DNA of 64,000 bases from an uncultured bacterium (lineage in GTDB: Bacteria; Krumholzibacteriota; Krumholzibacteriia; LZORAL124-64-63): positions 1,696,001 to 1,760,000 of the forward strand of contig CAVSGO010000007.1 of the NCBI GenBank assembly GCA_963727525.1, in the 5' to 3' direction. Position 1 is the first letter of the stretch. Each line of letters begins with the position of its first letter. Shown here one piece after another: positions 1 through 12,073 of this stretch. Made by a program: the position numbers and the translations under genes. The notes beneath the pieces are model-generated. The model had not been told where the DNA came from, made no database searches, and saw nothing but the letters and a program-made list of their open reading frames with translations.

Positions 1-1418
<1,418 letters not shown>

Positions 1419-1444
1419 CGTTGCCTTCCTTTGCGGACGTCGGG

Positions 1445-2284
1445 TCACGCCGCCACGAGGCGCGGGACCCGCTGCAGGAATCCGGCGACGAGGGCCTCGA
1501 TCTTCGGCGTGGCCTCACCCGCCACGCGCAGGATCTCGGGCACGGACGCCGGCTTCAGGCTGTCGGGGAAGCACGCGTCCGTGATGATCGAAAGGCCGAG
1601 CACCCGCATGCCGCCATGCACGGCGACGATGTCCTCCGGCACTGTCGACATACCGACGGTGTCGGCACCGATGCCGCGCAGGAAACGATACTCCGCCGCC
1701 GTTTCCAGGTTGGGCCCCGGGACCGCAACGTAGATCAGTCGGCGCAGCGGCAGTTTCTGGTCGAGCGCCACCTCTTCCGCCAGCGCGATGAAGGCGCGAT
1801 CGTAGGGTTCACTCATATCCGGGAAGCGCGGGCCGAGGCGCTCGTCGTTTGGGCCCACCAGCGGGTTCACGCCCATGAGATTGATGTGGTCGACGATGAC
1901 GCCCACGTCGCCGGGGTGGTGCTGCGGGTTCATGCCGCCCACGGCATTGCTCACGATGAGGCCGCCGGCACCCAGCGCTTTCATGACGCGTACCGGCAGC
2001 GTGACCTGCTCCATCGAGTAGCCCTCGTAGTAGTGCACGCGCCCCTGCATCACCGCCACGGCCCGGCCGCTCAGCTTGCCGAGGATGAGGTTGCCGTGAT
2101 GGCTGGTGGCAGTGGACTCGGCGAAGTGCGGCACCTCGCCGAAGGGAATGGTCACCGGCGACTCGATCTTGGCGGCCAGTCCGCCCATGCCGGTGCCAAG
2201 GATCAGGCCGAATTCGGGGGCCAGATCGGTGCGACCGCGGATGAAATCCGCCGCTTCATGGATTCTCGTGAACAGGTCACTCAC
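1445..2284 (-). CDS. punA: Purine nucleoside phosphorylase (PNP I family)
   Basis: Motifs GLILGTGMG, QGRVHYYEGY, GPNLETAAE, VGMSTVPE; GTG start at 2284 after GGAGG. Confidence 0.93.
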   Translation of the reverse strand: MSDLFTRIHEAADFIRGRTDLAPEFGLILGTGMGGLAAKIESPVTIPFGEVPHFAESTATSHHGNLILGKLSGRAVAVMQGRVHYYEGYSMEQVTLPVRVMKALGAGGLIVSNAVGGMNPQHHPGDVGVIVDHINLMGVNPLVGPNDERLGPRFPDMSEPYDRAFIALAEEVALDQKLPLRRLIYVAVPGPNLETAAEYRFLRGIGADTVGMSTVPEDIVAVHGGMRVLGLSIITDACFPDSLKPASVPEILRVAGEATPKIEALVAGFLQRVPRLVAA

Positions 2285-2467
2285 GGACTGCCTCCGCGCG
2301 AGGTGTTTCGAGGGTGGCCCCGGGACAGGACTCGCCGGAAGGCGGGGGACCGGCAAGGCATGGTAAGGTAATACGGCCCCCGACGCCACGAAAGCCAAAA
2401 TGCAGGAATCCGGCCTCTGCAGCCGGATTCCCGCGTCTTTGCCGATCCCGCGCTTGTTCCCCGGGGC

Positions 2468-3271
2468 CTAGCCCCAGTGCTTCGGCTCGGGCTGCTTCGC
2501 CGCATCCGGCGGCGCCGCCGCCGCCGGGAACGCGGCCGTCACGCTGACTTCCGGCGTCGGTGCAGGGGGTTCCGCCACCGCCTCCGGCACGGCCTTCACG
2601 GCCTCGGCCGTCTTCTCCGGGCTGGCCGGCTCGGTGGGTTTGCGCGGCGGCGTGACGGTGGGTTCGTAGTCGCGCCAGAGGTCGCGCTCCTGGATCGTCG
2701 CCGTCGACGTGTCCTCCTGGCCCTCGAACTGCGATTGGGGCGCCGTCGGGCGCGGCATGTCCACTCTGGCGGCATCCCGCGCGCCGTTGGTACCCTGCAG
2801 CAGGCGGTCATCGAACGCCGCGAAGTCCACGCGATGGCTCTCGACGAACTGGATCTGGGCCTCGGCCAGACTGCGGAATCGGGCCAGGAACGCCTCCTTC
2901 TCGCGGTGAACCGCCAGAGCCTCACGACGCAGTTCCTCGAGGCGCGCCCGCCCCTCGGCGAGCGTCTGTTGGACGCGCTGACGGGCTTCCAGCACCATCA
3001 CCTCGCTCTCGCGGTGGGCGTTGTCCTTGGCTTCCTTCATCACCTTCTCGGCGGTCATGAGGGTGTCGCGCAGGGTCTTCTCGATATTGCGGTACTCGAC
3101 CAGTTTCTCGTCCTGCTCGAGGATCCGCTCGCGAAGCTGCTTGTTGTCGACCAGGACGGCCTCGTACTCGTCGGCGAGATTCGCCAGAAAGGCGCGAACC
3201 TCGTCGCCGTCGTACCCGCGCATACCGCGGCGGAACTCCTGCTTGCGGACGTCCAGGGGCGTGATCCTCAT
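2468..3271 (-). CDS. divIVA: DivIVA domain protein with Pro/Ala-rich C-terminal tail
   Basis: N-terminus MRITPLDVRKQEFRRGMRGYDGDEVRAFL followed by coiled coil; yggS-divIVA-ileS context. Confidence 0.9.
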   Translation of the reverse strand: MRITPLDVRKQEFRRGMRGYDGDEVRAFLANLADEYEAVLVDNKQLRERILEQDEKLVEYRNIEKTLRDTLMTAEKVMKEAKDNAHRESEVMVLEARQRVQQTLAEGRARLEELRREALAVHREKEAFLARFRSLAEAQIQFVESHRVDFAAFDDRLLQGTNGARDAARVDMPRPTAPQSQFEGQEDTSTATIQERDLWRDYEPTVTPPRKPTEPASPEKTAEAVKAVPEAVAEPPAPTPEVSVTAAFPAAAAPPDAAKQPEPKHWG

Positions 3272-3359
3272 GCTAGCCTCCGTTCCTTATCATGGGACGC
3301 GGCGGGTACCGATCGTGCCGACCCCATCCGCGCCGGCGGTCATGCTCGGCGCTGGTTCC

Positions 3360-3375
3360 ATCAAAAGGGATGCCA
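3360..3375 (-). promoter_or_regulatory. Possible sigma-54 (-24/-12) promoter for divIVA
   Basis: Minus strand TGGCATCCCTTTTGAT (GG-N10-GA, one deviation from GC); palindrome CGGCAA-N3-TTGCCG at 3484-3498 upstream. Confidence 0.4.
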
Positions 3376-3555
3376 CATCGGACGGCAAGCCCAATCGACG
3401 GGCATCGTCCGCACGGTGCGGCGGGATGGACCTTTCGCCCGCCGACACACCAGGAGAGCCGAGCCCGGATACCGCGGCCACACCGGCAATTCTTGCCGCC
3501 CGCGTCCCCGGGGGCGCGAACGTATGTCCGGTTTCCGACCAGGTGCGGGACGCGG

Positions 3556-4272
3556 TCAAGCAGTTCGGGGGCCGAAGATGGCCGTACCCACCCGAACGAG
3601 CGTGGCGCCCTCGGCCACGGCGGCCGGATAATCGTCGCTCATGCCCATGCTCAGTTCGGGCAGGGCATGTCCGCAGGCGGCGGCGGCGGCGTCGCGCAGG
3701 GCCCGCACGGCGGCGAACGTGACCCGGGTTTCGTCTTCGTCGGCGCCGTGGCGCGCCATGGCCATGAGGCCGCGCAAGTCGAGGTTCGGCAGCGCGGCGA
3801 CGGCCGCGGCCAGCGCCGTCACCTCCTCCGGCACCAGGCCGTGTTTCTGTGGTTCGCGCGCGGCATTCACCTCCAGAAGCACCGGCTGCACCACCCCGAG
3901 CGTTTGCGCGCGCTGCGCCAGACGCTCCGCGAGATCGCGAGAATCCACACCGTGCAGCAATGCGAATGCGCCGGCAGCCTTGCTCGCCTTGTTGGATTGC
4001 AGGTGGCCGATGAAATGCCAGCGGATCGCGCGGGGATCGCAGCCTTGCTCGCGCAACATCGTCGCGAGAGCCACCTGGCGTGGCAACGCGTCCTGGATCC
4101 GGCTCTCGCCGAGGATGTACTGGCCGGCCGCCACGGCCTCGGCCACGAGCGGCAGGGGAACGAACTTCGACACGGCCACGAGGGTGACAGCGGCGGGATC
4201 GCGCCCGGCAGCGCGGCAAACTGTTGCCAGGCGCGCGCGAACCGCGGCGAGACGGATGGCGACGGTGTCCAA
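3556..4272 (-). CDS. yggS: YggS/PLPBP pyridoxal phosphate homeostasis protein
   Basis: Motifs LVAVSK, WHFIGHLQSNK, LSMGMSDDY, VRVGTAIFG; TTG start at 4272 after GAGGAG. Confidence 0.93.
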   Translation of the reverse strand: MDTVAIRLAAVRARLATVCRAAGRDPAAVTLVAVSKFVPLPLVAEAVAAGQYILGESRIQDALPRQVALATMLREQGCDPRAIRWHFIGHLQSNKASKAAGAFALLHGVDSRDLAERLAQRAQTLGVVQPVLLEVNAAREPQKHGLVPEEVTALAAAVAALPNLDLRGLMAMARHGADEDETRVTFAAVRALRDAAAAACGHALPELSMGMSDDYPAAVAEGATLVRVGTAIFGPRTA

Positions 4273-4316
4273 GGCCTTCGCTCCTCGGGCGAGCGGGGCA
4301 AAATCGGTGAACCGAT

Positions 4317-5021
4317 CTAGCTCCAGCGCAGCATGAGGCTGCGGGGATCGAGTTCCAGCGACACGTTGGCCGGCGCCGCGTTCGCGTGCTCCTTGAGGAT
4401 GCGCAGGCGGATGTGATCCGCCTCCGGCAGCAGCGAGAGCAGCACGCCCAGGTGGTGGTCGAAGCGGGCCACCTCGGCGGGCACACCCCGCGCATCCACC
4501 TCCTGCCCCTCGCGATGCAGGTTCGCGCTGGTCCAGATCTCGGCATCCCATTCGCGCGCCAGCGTGACGACGCCCTCGATCTCCCAGTCCTCGCTCATCT
4601 CGAAGCGCGGCGTGCCGTCCATGATGACCATGTCGGGCCGGAACCCGCCGGCCTCGCTCAGAAAGGCGACCGAGGAGCGCAGCTTGTCGAGCGTGAAGGT
4701 CTCACGATCATGGATCAGGATATGACGCCGCCGCTCGACCTCGAGTTGCCGCTCGAGCCGGTGATCGAGCTCCAGCATGTCGGACATCGTGACCAGGAGC
4801 TGATCGTAGTAGGCACGCAGGTGCTCCACCGTTTCCTGGGTCGAGATGTGCAGCACCCGTTCGCCGCGCAGGAGCTTGTCCAGGGCCAGGCCGATCAGGA
4901 AACTCGTCTTGCCCACGCCCGTGCGCGAGATCACGACCCCGAAGTTGCCGCGACCGAGGCCGCCGCCCAGGGCTTTCTCGAAGACCCGTACCGGACTTTT
5001 CTCGAAGACACTCTTCATCAT
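4317..5021 (-). CDS. RecA/KaiC-like P-loop ATPase of unknown function, directly downstream of fusA
   Basis: LGGGLGRGNFGVVISRTGVGKT (Walker A), MVIMDG (Walker B); exact start among adjacent ATGs uncertain. Confidence 0.75.
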   Translation of the reverse strand: MMKSVFEKSPVRVFEKALGGGLGRGNFGVVISRTGVGKTSFLIGLALDKLLRGERVLHISTQETVEHLRAYYDQLLVTMSDMLELDHRLERQLEVERRRHILIHDRETFTLDKLRSSVAFLSEAGGFRPDMVIMDGTPRFEMSEDWEIEGVVTLAREWDAEIWTSANLHREGQEVDARGVPAEVARFDHHLGVLLSLLPEADHIRLRILKEHANAAPANVSLELDPRSLMLRWS

Positions 5022-5053
5022 GCCTCTCATACCGCCAGTCTACTTGCCGCAGT

Positions 5054-7141
5054 CTACTTTCCCTTGGCACGCTTTTCCAGATAATCCTTGCGCAGCTTCT
5101 CGGCCACCTCGGCCGGTGCCGGGGAGTACCGCGCGAACTCCATCGTGAACTCCGCCTTGCCAGCCGTGGCCGAGCGCAGGACGGTGGCATAGCCGAACAT
5201 CTCGGCCAGAGGCACGTGGGCGTCGATCCGTACGAAGCCTTCTGCCTCGGTCGTGCCGACGATGATGCCGCGCCGCTGCATCAGGGTCTTGAGCACCTCG
5301 CCCTGCATCTCGCCGGGCCCCTCCACCGACACGAGCATGAGCGGCTCGAGCGCGATGGGCGACCCCTGGTTGTACACGTCGCGGAACGCCATGCGGCAGG
5401 CCGTCTGGAAGGCCATGTCCGAGGAGTCGACGGCATGGCTGTCGCCGTCCTCGAGCACCACCTTCATCCCCTGCACCGGATGACCGATGTAGGCACCCTC
5501 GTCGATGCACTCGCGGAAGCCCTTCTCGCAGGCCCCGATGTACTCGGTGGGGATGGTGCCGCCCACGACCTTGTTCTCGAACACGAACCCGCCCTCGTCC
5601 AGCGGTTCGAGGCGACCGATGACCTTGGCGTACTGGCCGGAGCCGCCGGTCTGCTTGCGGTGGATGTAGTTGAACGGAGCCGACCGGGTGATCGTCTCGC
5701 GATAGGCCACGCGCGGCTGGCCGGTCTGGATCTCGGCGCCGAACTCGCGGCGGATACGCTCCACGTACACCTCGAGGTGCAACTCGCCCATGCCGCGGAT
5801 GAGCGTGTCGCCGGTCTCGGAATCGACGGCCGTGCGGAACGTGGGGTCCTCGCGCGTGAAGCGATGCAGGGCCTTGGCCAGCTTGGCCTGCGCTTTCCCG
5901 TCGCCCGGCACCACGGCCAGCGATACCACCGGCTCGGGCACGTGCATGCTCGTGAGCGAGATCTGGCGCCCGCCCGTGAAGGTGTCGCCACTTGCGCATT
6001 CCACACCGAAGAGCGCCACGATGTCGCCCGCCGACGCCTTCTCGATGTCTTCCATCTGGTTGGCGTGCATGCGACCGAGGCGGCCCACCTTGACCTTCTT
6101 GCCGGTGCGCGTGTTGACGATGTCCGAGCCCTTCTGCAACAGGCCCTGGTAGAGCCGGACGTAGGTGAGCTGGCCGTAAGGCCCCTCCTCCAGCTTGAAG
6201 GCGTGGGCCACGAGGTCGCCATCGGGCTGGTTCGAGAGGATGAACGGCTTCTCCTCGCCGCCGGGCAGCAGTTCGATGGCCTCGTTCTTCACCTCGGTGG
6301 GATCCGGGAGATACCGCACCACGGCGTCGAGCAGGGGCTGCACCCCGCGGTTCTTGTAGGCGCTGCCCAGAAACACGGGCGTCAGTTCCTGCGAGATGAC
6401 GCCGCGACGGACCGCTTCATGGATGAGGTCCTCGGTGACGGCGTCCTCGAGGATGGCCTCTGTCAACTCGTCGCTGAACATGCTGGCGGCGTCGAGCAGC
6501 ACCTCGCGCCGGGCCTCGGCCTCCACCTGCAGGTCCGCCGGGATCTCCTCCGGCGTGATGGTCTCACCGCTGGGACCACTGAAGCGCATGGCCTTCATCG
6601 CGACCAGGTCGATCAAGCCCTCGTGATCGGCCTCCAGGCCGAGCGGGATCTGCATCATCACCGCGTTGTGGCGCAGCTTCTCGCGGAGCTGGTCGGTCAC
6701 GCGCATGGGGTTGGCGCCGCTGCGGTCGCACTTGTTGACGAAGGCGAGGCGCGGCACCTTGTAACGGCGCATCTGGCGGTCCACCGTGATCGACTGCGAC
6801 TGCACGCCGGCCACCGCGCAGAGTACGAGCACGGCGCCGTCGAGCACGCGCAGGGCGCGTTCCACCTCGATCGTGAAATCGACATGCCCCGGGGTGTCGA
6901 TCAGGTTGATGTGGTAACCCTTCCACTCCGCATGGGTGGCGGCCGACTGGATCGTGATGCCACGCTCGCGCTCGAGATCCATCGAGTCCATCGTGGCGCC
7001 CACGCCGTCCTTGCCACGCACCTCGTGGATGGCGCGGATGCGCTTGGTGTAGAACAGGATCCGCTCGGTCAGCGTGGTCTTGCCCGAATCGATGTGGGCG
7101 CTGATCCCGATGTTGCGGACCATAGTGAGATCGCTCGTCAT
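5054..7141 (-). CDS. fusA: Elongation factor G (outside an str operon)
   Basis: [49 protein letters not shown] at 7141 after GAAGGA. Confidence 0.97.
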   Translation of the reverse strand: MTSDLTMVRNIGISAHIDSGKTTLTERILFYTKRIRAIHEVRGKDGVGATMDSMDLERERGITIQSAATHAEWKGYHINLIDTPGHVDFTIEVERALRVLDGAVLVLCAVAGVQSQSITVDRQMRRYKVPRLAFVNKCDRSGANPMRVTDQLREKLRHNAVMMQIPLGLEADHEGLIDLVAMKAMRFSGPSGETITPEEIPADLQVEAEARREVLLDAASMFSDELTEAILEDAVTEDLIHEAVRRGVISQELTPVFLGSAYKNRGVQPLLDAVVRYLPDPTEVKNEAIELLPGGEEKPFILSNQPDGDLVAHAFKLEEGPYGQLTYVRLYQGLLQKGSDIVNTRTGKKVKVGRLGRMHANQMEDIEKASAGDIVALFGVECASGDTFTGGRQISLTSMHVPEPVVSLAVVPGDGKAQAKLAKALHRFTREDPTFRTAVDSETGDTLIRGMGELHLEVYVERIRREFGAEIQTGQPRVAYRETITRSAPFNYIHRKQTGGSGQYAKVIGRLEPLDEGGFVFENKVVGGTIPTEYIGACEKGFRECIDEGAYIGHPVQGMKVVLEDGDSHAVDSSDMAFQTACRMAFRDVYNQGSPIALEPLMLVSVEGPGEMQGEVLKTLMQRRGIIVGTTEAEGFVRIDAHVPLAEMFGYATVLRSATAGKAEFTMEFARYSPAPAEVAEKLRKDYLEKRAKGK

Positions 7142-7392
7142 CGTCGTCGCTTCCTTCTGCGACCCGGTCGAGGACCAGCCGGGCTCGCTTGCCTGGCGGG
7201 AACGGCACACGCCGCCCCGTATAAAGGTGCGCCGACTCCTGGGAGCCTGGCGCGGGCGCAATGTATGCGCGCGGCAGCGCGATCGCAACCGCGATGGTCA
7301 CGAATTTACCGGGCGGTCACATTGCCACGGTTCTGACAATGGGTTAGCTTCGGAAGCGCTCCTGCCCTGTTCCCGCACGCGGAGGTCTATCC

Positions 7393-8826
7393 GTGACCGT
7401 CTCCCTCCGACCGGCGTTTCCCTGGCTCGTGGTCTTGACCCTCCTGGCCCTCGCACCCGCCGTGCCGGGTTGCTCTTCTAGCGGCGACTCTTCCGGCGGC
7501 AACTCGTCCAAGATGATGGGCGGCAAGAACCTGAACGTCCTGCTCATCGTGGTCGACACGATGGCGGCCCGGCACCTGGGTTGTTTCACACCAGGTCTGA
7601 AGGACAGCCCCACCATCGACCGCCTGGCCCGCGAGGGCGTGCTCTTTCGCCACGCCTATTCCACGGCGCCCTGGACCCAGCCGGCGGTGGCCTCGCTCTT
7701 CACCTCGCGCATGCCGAGCGAGGTGGGCATGACCCAGATCTTCAGCACCCTGGCGGATTCCTTCGCCACCCTGCCCGAGCTGATGCGCGACCGGGGCCGC
7801 TGGACGATGGGCGTGACGAGCAACTGGATCGTCGTCGATAAGTTCGGCTTTGGCCAGGGCTTCGAGAAACTCAACGAATCGCCCGTGGGCGGCCACGACG
7901 CCATCACCTCCGACAAGGTGACCGATGCCGCCAAGCTGGTGCTCGACCGCGCGGGCAAGCGGCCATTCTTCCTCTACGTCCACTACTTCGACCCTCACTG
8001 GTACTACAACCACCATCCCGAGTTCGACGAGACGTCGGGTTACACGGGTTCGCTGAGGTCGGGCGAGGACATCGGCGAGATCCGCAAGAAGAGTGCCACC
8101 CTCACCGACGCCGACATCGCCTACCTCGAGGGTCTGTACCGCGAGGAGATCGCCTACACCGACGACCAGATCGGCAAGCTCCTCGCCCACCTGCAGGAGC
8201 TGGGCCTGGCCGACGACACCCTGGTGGTGGTAGCCGCCGACCACGGCGAGGAGTTCCGCGAGCACGGCTGGATCGGTCACACGGCGAATCTCTATGACAA
8301 CCTCATCCACGTGCCGCTGATCTTCTGGATGCCCGGTCGACTCCAGCCACACGAGGTGGATGCGACCGTGTCGTTGCTTGACGTGCTGCCCACCCTCGAC
8401 GCCCTCACGGCCACGGGCACCCCCACCCCCGCGCCCCAGCGACGCGGCAAGTCTCTCGTGGGTTACCTCGACAGCAGCGCTCCCGAGGTACCCGGCCGCC
8501 CCCTCTTCGCCGAGGTGTCGTACACCTCCCCGGACGGCTGGCCCTCCGGCGACGATCAGGTGAAGACCTACTTCATGACCGCCCTGCGCGTGGGCCGCTG
8601 GAAGGCCATCCACGACCTGCAGGCCAGCACCTGGACGCTCTTCGACCTCAAGGCCGACCCCGACGAGCAACACGGCAACTGGAACGGCCCTGCCGATGTG
8701 CAGAAGGACCTGCAGGACATGCTCACAGTCTGGGAGAACCAGCGAGGCTCCGGCGCGGCCATCACGACGGCACCGCTGGACGCGGAAGCCGTGAAGAAGC
8801 TGAAGTCGCTGGGGTACGTGCGGTAG
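7393..8826 (+). CDS. Sulfatase-like hydrolase (alkaline phosphatase superfamily), probable lipoprotein
   Basis: NVLLIVVDT, YFDPH, AADHGE, HVPLIF, LFDLKADPDE, C-terminal LKSLGY; signal peptide ending in PGC. Confidence 0.85.
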   Translation: MTVSLRPAFPWLVVLTLLALAPAVPGCSSSGDSSGGNSSKMMGGKNLNVLLIVVDTMAARHLGCFTPGLKDSPTIDRLAREGVLFRHAYSTAPWTQPAVASLFTSRMPSEVGMTQIFSTLADSFATLPELMRDRGRWTMGVTSNWIVVDKFGFGQGFEKLNESPVGGHDAITSDKVTDAAKLVLDRAGKRPFFLYVHYFDPHWYYNHHPEFDETSGYTGSLRSGEDIGEIRKKSATLTDADIAYLEGLYREEIAYTDDQIGKLLAHLQELGLADDTLVVVAADHGEEFREHGWIGHTANLYDNLIHVPLIFWMPGRLQPHEVDATVSLLDVLPTLDALTATGTPTPAPQRRGKSLVGYLDSSAPEVPGRPLFAEVSYTSPDGWPSGDDQVKTYFMTALRVGRWKAIHDLQASTWTLFDLKADPDEQHGNWNGPADVQKDLQDMLTVWENQRGSGAAITTAPLDAEAVKKLKSLGYVR

Positions 8827-8896
8827 GGAAGAACGTGGTGCCGGCACCAACGACGAGATCATTATTGGCCGCTGGGTCGTGCGCAGCGGTAGGTTG

Positions 8897-9625
8897 CTAC
8901 TGATCGGATCCCATGGCTGTCCTTTCGAACTGGCCGGATCCTGTTTCATGGCCACAGGCCGTCGCATCGATCTTGAGCACCAGTGGCTCGTCTCGATCCC
9001 CGCCCATCGACGTGATCAGTCCTCCCTCGACGTCGAAATCGACAAAGGCGGTGAAACCCAGGGCGGTTTGGCAATCGGGATGATGCAGTCGATTGAACTC
9101 CAGACGCTCGCCAGTTGCACCGGTGTCTGCCCTGGCGGGATACGAGTAGACGTAGTCGCTGTCCCGCAGAATCAGGGATCCCATGATCAGGAAATCCTGG
9201 TCCTCTTTCAGATCCGAGTCCGCATTGACAAATCCCGACGTCGCGCCTCGCGGGCACCAGAATTCCAGGCTGGGTCGTAGAAAGAGCCGGTACTGCCGAT
9301 CCTCGTACGCAGGTCCATGCACGATGATCTGATTGGCGGGCTGGAGTATACGGAACTCGTCGTCGAAGACCATCGTGCTGCGGCCAAGGGTCTCCCCGTC
9401 GTGTGTCATCTCACCCGGGCCGATGAGTATCTTCCGGGATTCGCGATCGACCAGCATCATCTGAACCGGGAAGACCGGGATTCCCGTCGTGACGGAATCA
9501 TGAGCGTAGACCGCAGCGTTCAACCGGAACTCCATCGTGAGGCTCGCGAGGAGACGGCCGCCGCGGGCACCACAGGAACCGGCGACGGCGATGATCGCGA
9601 CGATTGTGGCGATGCGTATCGACAC
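8897..9625 (-). CDS. Hypothetical exported protein, possible lipoprotein
   Basis: 242-aa ORF with hydrophobic N-terminus and VAGSC lipobox-like motif; GGGGGA before GTG; fills the gap between flanking genes. Confidence 0.55.
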   Translation of the reverse strand: MSIRIATIVAIIAVAGSCGARGGRLLASLTMEFRLNAAVYAHDSVTTGIPVFPVQMMLVDRESRKILIGPGEMTHDGETLGRSTMVFDDEFRILQPANQIIVHGPAYEDRQYRLFLRPSLEFWCPRGATSGFVNADSDLKEDQDFLIMGSLILRDSDYVYSYPARADTGATGERLEFNRLHHPDCQTALGFTAFVDFDVEGGLITSMGGDRDEPLVLKIDATACGHETGSGQFERTAMGSDQ

Positions 9626-9703
9626 TGAATTCCCCCGATTCTCGAGTCCTGCAGCACGTTGGTCGGTGCCGGCACCACGGTCGGCACCACCATGACGGCA
9701 AGA

Positions 9704-12067
9704 TCAGGGTTTGCTCCCCTGCCCCCGGCGCATACCCCGCACCTGCTCCAGGCGCTGGCGGTACGCTTGCACGTTGGGCGCCAGCCTCACGGCCTCGGCG
9801 AACTCGGCCTCGGCCTCGTTCAGCTTGCCGAGGTTGCCGAGAGCCGCGCCGTAGTTGATGCGCAGGCTGGGATCGCGCGGATCGATGTCCACGGCGCGCT
9901 TGTACCAGGCGGCCGCCTCCGGCATGCGGCCGGCCTTGAAGAAGTACGACGCCATCGCCATGGCCGGCGTGGGGTTCTGCGGGGACAGTTGCAGGGCATG
10001 CTCCGCGGCCTGCCGGCCCGCATCGAGGGAGTCGACGGCGCAGAACGAAAGGGCCATCTCACGGTAAGCGTCCGTGCTCCTGGGATCGATGAGCAGGGCT
10101 TGCTGGAACTCGTCGATAGCCTGGTGCGGGTGGCCGGCCTTGGCAAGCACCGCCCCCAGGCTGACGTGCGCGATCGCGACACCCGGCTGCAGCTGCAATG
10201 ACTCGCGCAGTTCCTTCTCCGCCTCGTCGAGCTGGCCGAGCTGACCGAGGGCGCGCCCGAGCTCGAAATGGGCCTGCGGGATGTTCGGGCTACGCGCCAG
10301 CACGGCGCGCAGATCCTTCGCAGCCTCGTCGGCGTGGCCCTTGAAGCTGAGGGCCGCGGCCAGACCGATACGGGCCTCCAGGTTGTCGGGACGATGCTGG
10401 GCGACGGAGCGGAAGTGACTGATCGCCTCGTCGTAGCGCCCCATGTTGGCCAGTAGATTCGCCAGCCCCATGTGCGCATCGATGTAGCCGGGATTCTGCT
10501 GCAACGCGAGCTGGTACTCCCGCACGGCGCCCTGGTTGTCGCCGGCGTTGGCGAGGGCCACGGCGCGGTCGGTGTACCACCAGGCCGCATCGGCCCGGTA
10601 GCTGGCAAGGGGATGGCTCGTCAGCAGCACCAGCGCGGCCGCGGCCACCGCCAGCTTGAGCGCGCCTGACCACGCGCGGGCGCCCACGGTGCAGCCGGCA
10701 CGATACAGTGCGTACGCGCCGAAGAGGAAGAGGAAGGGTAACAAAGGCACGCGGAATCGTCCCGCCACGAGGAACGGCAGGAACGACAGGAACGTGGCCG
10801 CCACGTAGAGCGCGACGAGGATCGCCAGCGGGCCCGTACGGTCAGCGGGCGCATCCGGCACCGCCGCGCCGACCACCGGCGCACCGATCGGCGCGCGCCG
10901 ACGCTCGATCACCAGCACACCCACGCCGAGCAGCGCCAGCGCCAGCGCCAGCGGGAAGGTGGGCAGGTGGCACAGCACGGGACTGTTTGCCTTCTCGAAG
11001 GCGATGGCGCGGTTGTTCGAAACCTCGGCCGGCCCCCAGAACAGCGCCGCGCGTCGCGCCGTGAGCTGCAGGAAGTGGCCGAAGTGGTGGACGATGTAGT
11101 CGAGTCCGCGGTTCCAGTAGTAGCGCTCCACCTGCGAGTATTTGAGCGACTTGCCTTCCTTCTCGCTCACGCCCTGGACGATGCGGTCGTAATCGAAGCA
11201 ACTCCATCCGGTCTGGCCGGTCATCTCCTGCACGTCGGGGATGCGCGTGGTCACGCCGTCGGCGCTCGGATTGTTTCCGATGTACAGGTTGATGGCACCG
11301 TTGGCCGAGATCAGCACGAGGTCGTCGGCCACGCGCCAGTTGCGGATGGTGGCCGGCGCGATGGCCAGCAGCGTCCCGACGGTGAGCACGACCACGGGCC
11401 GCAACGCCGCCAGGCGCGACGTATCCCGCCGCGCATACCACCACACCCACGCCGCGGCTGCCGGCGCGAAGAGGAGCACATTGGGCCGCACAAGTGCCAT
11501 GGCGCCGAGCACGAGCCCCGCCAGCAGCAGGCGCCACCAGGCTGGTCTCCGCAGCCAGGCGGCCATCAGCAGGAAGAACACCAGGCTGACGGTGACCATG
11601 AGCACCGGCGCGTGCAGCTCGGTCTCGAAGTAGATGAGCGCCCAGTAGGTGGCCATGAGGGCCGCCGTGATGAGCCCTACCGTGCGGTTGAAGACGGCGC
11701 GACCCAGCAGGTAGGCCAGCCAGCAATTGAGCACACCCAGCAGCATCTGCACGATGCGCGCACCGAGATAGCTCTTGCCGGTGAGCGCGTAGGCCAGCGC
11801 GAGGAAGTACGGATAGCCCGGTGGCCGGACGAAGGGCACCGAGTCGATATAGGGGTTGGCGTTGTTCGCCGGCGGCGTCCAGTCGCCGGTGACGAGGGCA
11901 CGTGCCCAGTAGTCATGGAACGCGGCATCAGCCGTGGGGTGCGAGAACTCCGTGGTGCCGGAAATCTCGTGCAGGTAGAGGCCGCGCAGCAGCACAGCCA
12001 CCAGGAGGATGGCGACAAGGATCAGCCAGTGCCGCAGCGGGGCGCGCGAGGTATCCGACGTGGTCAC
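9704..12067 (-). CDS. GT-C (ArnT/PMT-like) membrane glycosyltransferase fused to TPR repeats
   Basis: Multiple TM helices with ADAAFHDYWA, RPPGYPYFLA, LVRPN, RFRVPLLP; C-terminal TPR repeats. Confidence 0.85.
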   Translation of the reverse strand: MTTSDTSRAPLRHWLILVAILLVAVLLRGLYLHEISGTTEFSHPTADAAFHDYWARALVTGDWTPPANNANPYIDSVPFVRPPGYPYFLALAYALTGKSYLGARIVQMLLGVLNCWLAYLLGRAVFNRTVGLITAALMATYWALIYFETELHAPVLMVTVSLVFFLLMAAWLRRPAWWRLLLAGLVLGAMALVRPNVLLFAPAAAAWVWWYARRDTSRLAALRPVVVLTVGTLLAIAPATIRNWRVADDLVLISANGAINLYIGNNPSADGVTTRIPDVQEMTGQTGWSCFDYDRIVQGVSEKEGKSLKYSQVERYYWNRGLDYIVHHFGHFLQLTARRAALFWGPAEVSNNRAIAFEKANSPVLCHLPTFPLALALALLGVGVLVIERRRAPIGAPVVGAAVPDAPADRTGPLAILVALYVAATFLSFLPFLVAGRFRVPLLPFLFLFGAYALYRAGCTVGARAWSGALKLAVAAAALVLLTSHPLASYRADAAWWYTDRAVALANAGDNQGAVREYQLALQQNPGYIDAHMGLANLLANMGRYDEAISHFRSVAQHRPDNLEARIGLAAALSFKGHADEAAKDLRAVLARSPNIPQAHFELGRALGQLGQLDEAEKELRESLQLQPGVAIAHVSLGAVLAKAGHPHQAIDEFQQALLIDPRSTDAYREMALSFCAVDSLDAGRQAAEHALQLSPQNPTPAMAMASYFFKAGRMPEAAAWYKRAVDIDPRDPSLRINYGAALGNLGKLNEAEAEFAEAVRLAPNVQAYRQRLEQVRGMRRGQGSKP

Positions 12068-12073
12068 GTTTTC

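Noticed and set aside
1419-1444. T-box riboswitch upstream of ileS
   Set aside because: Only 26 nt separate ileS from the PNP gene, too short for a T-box.
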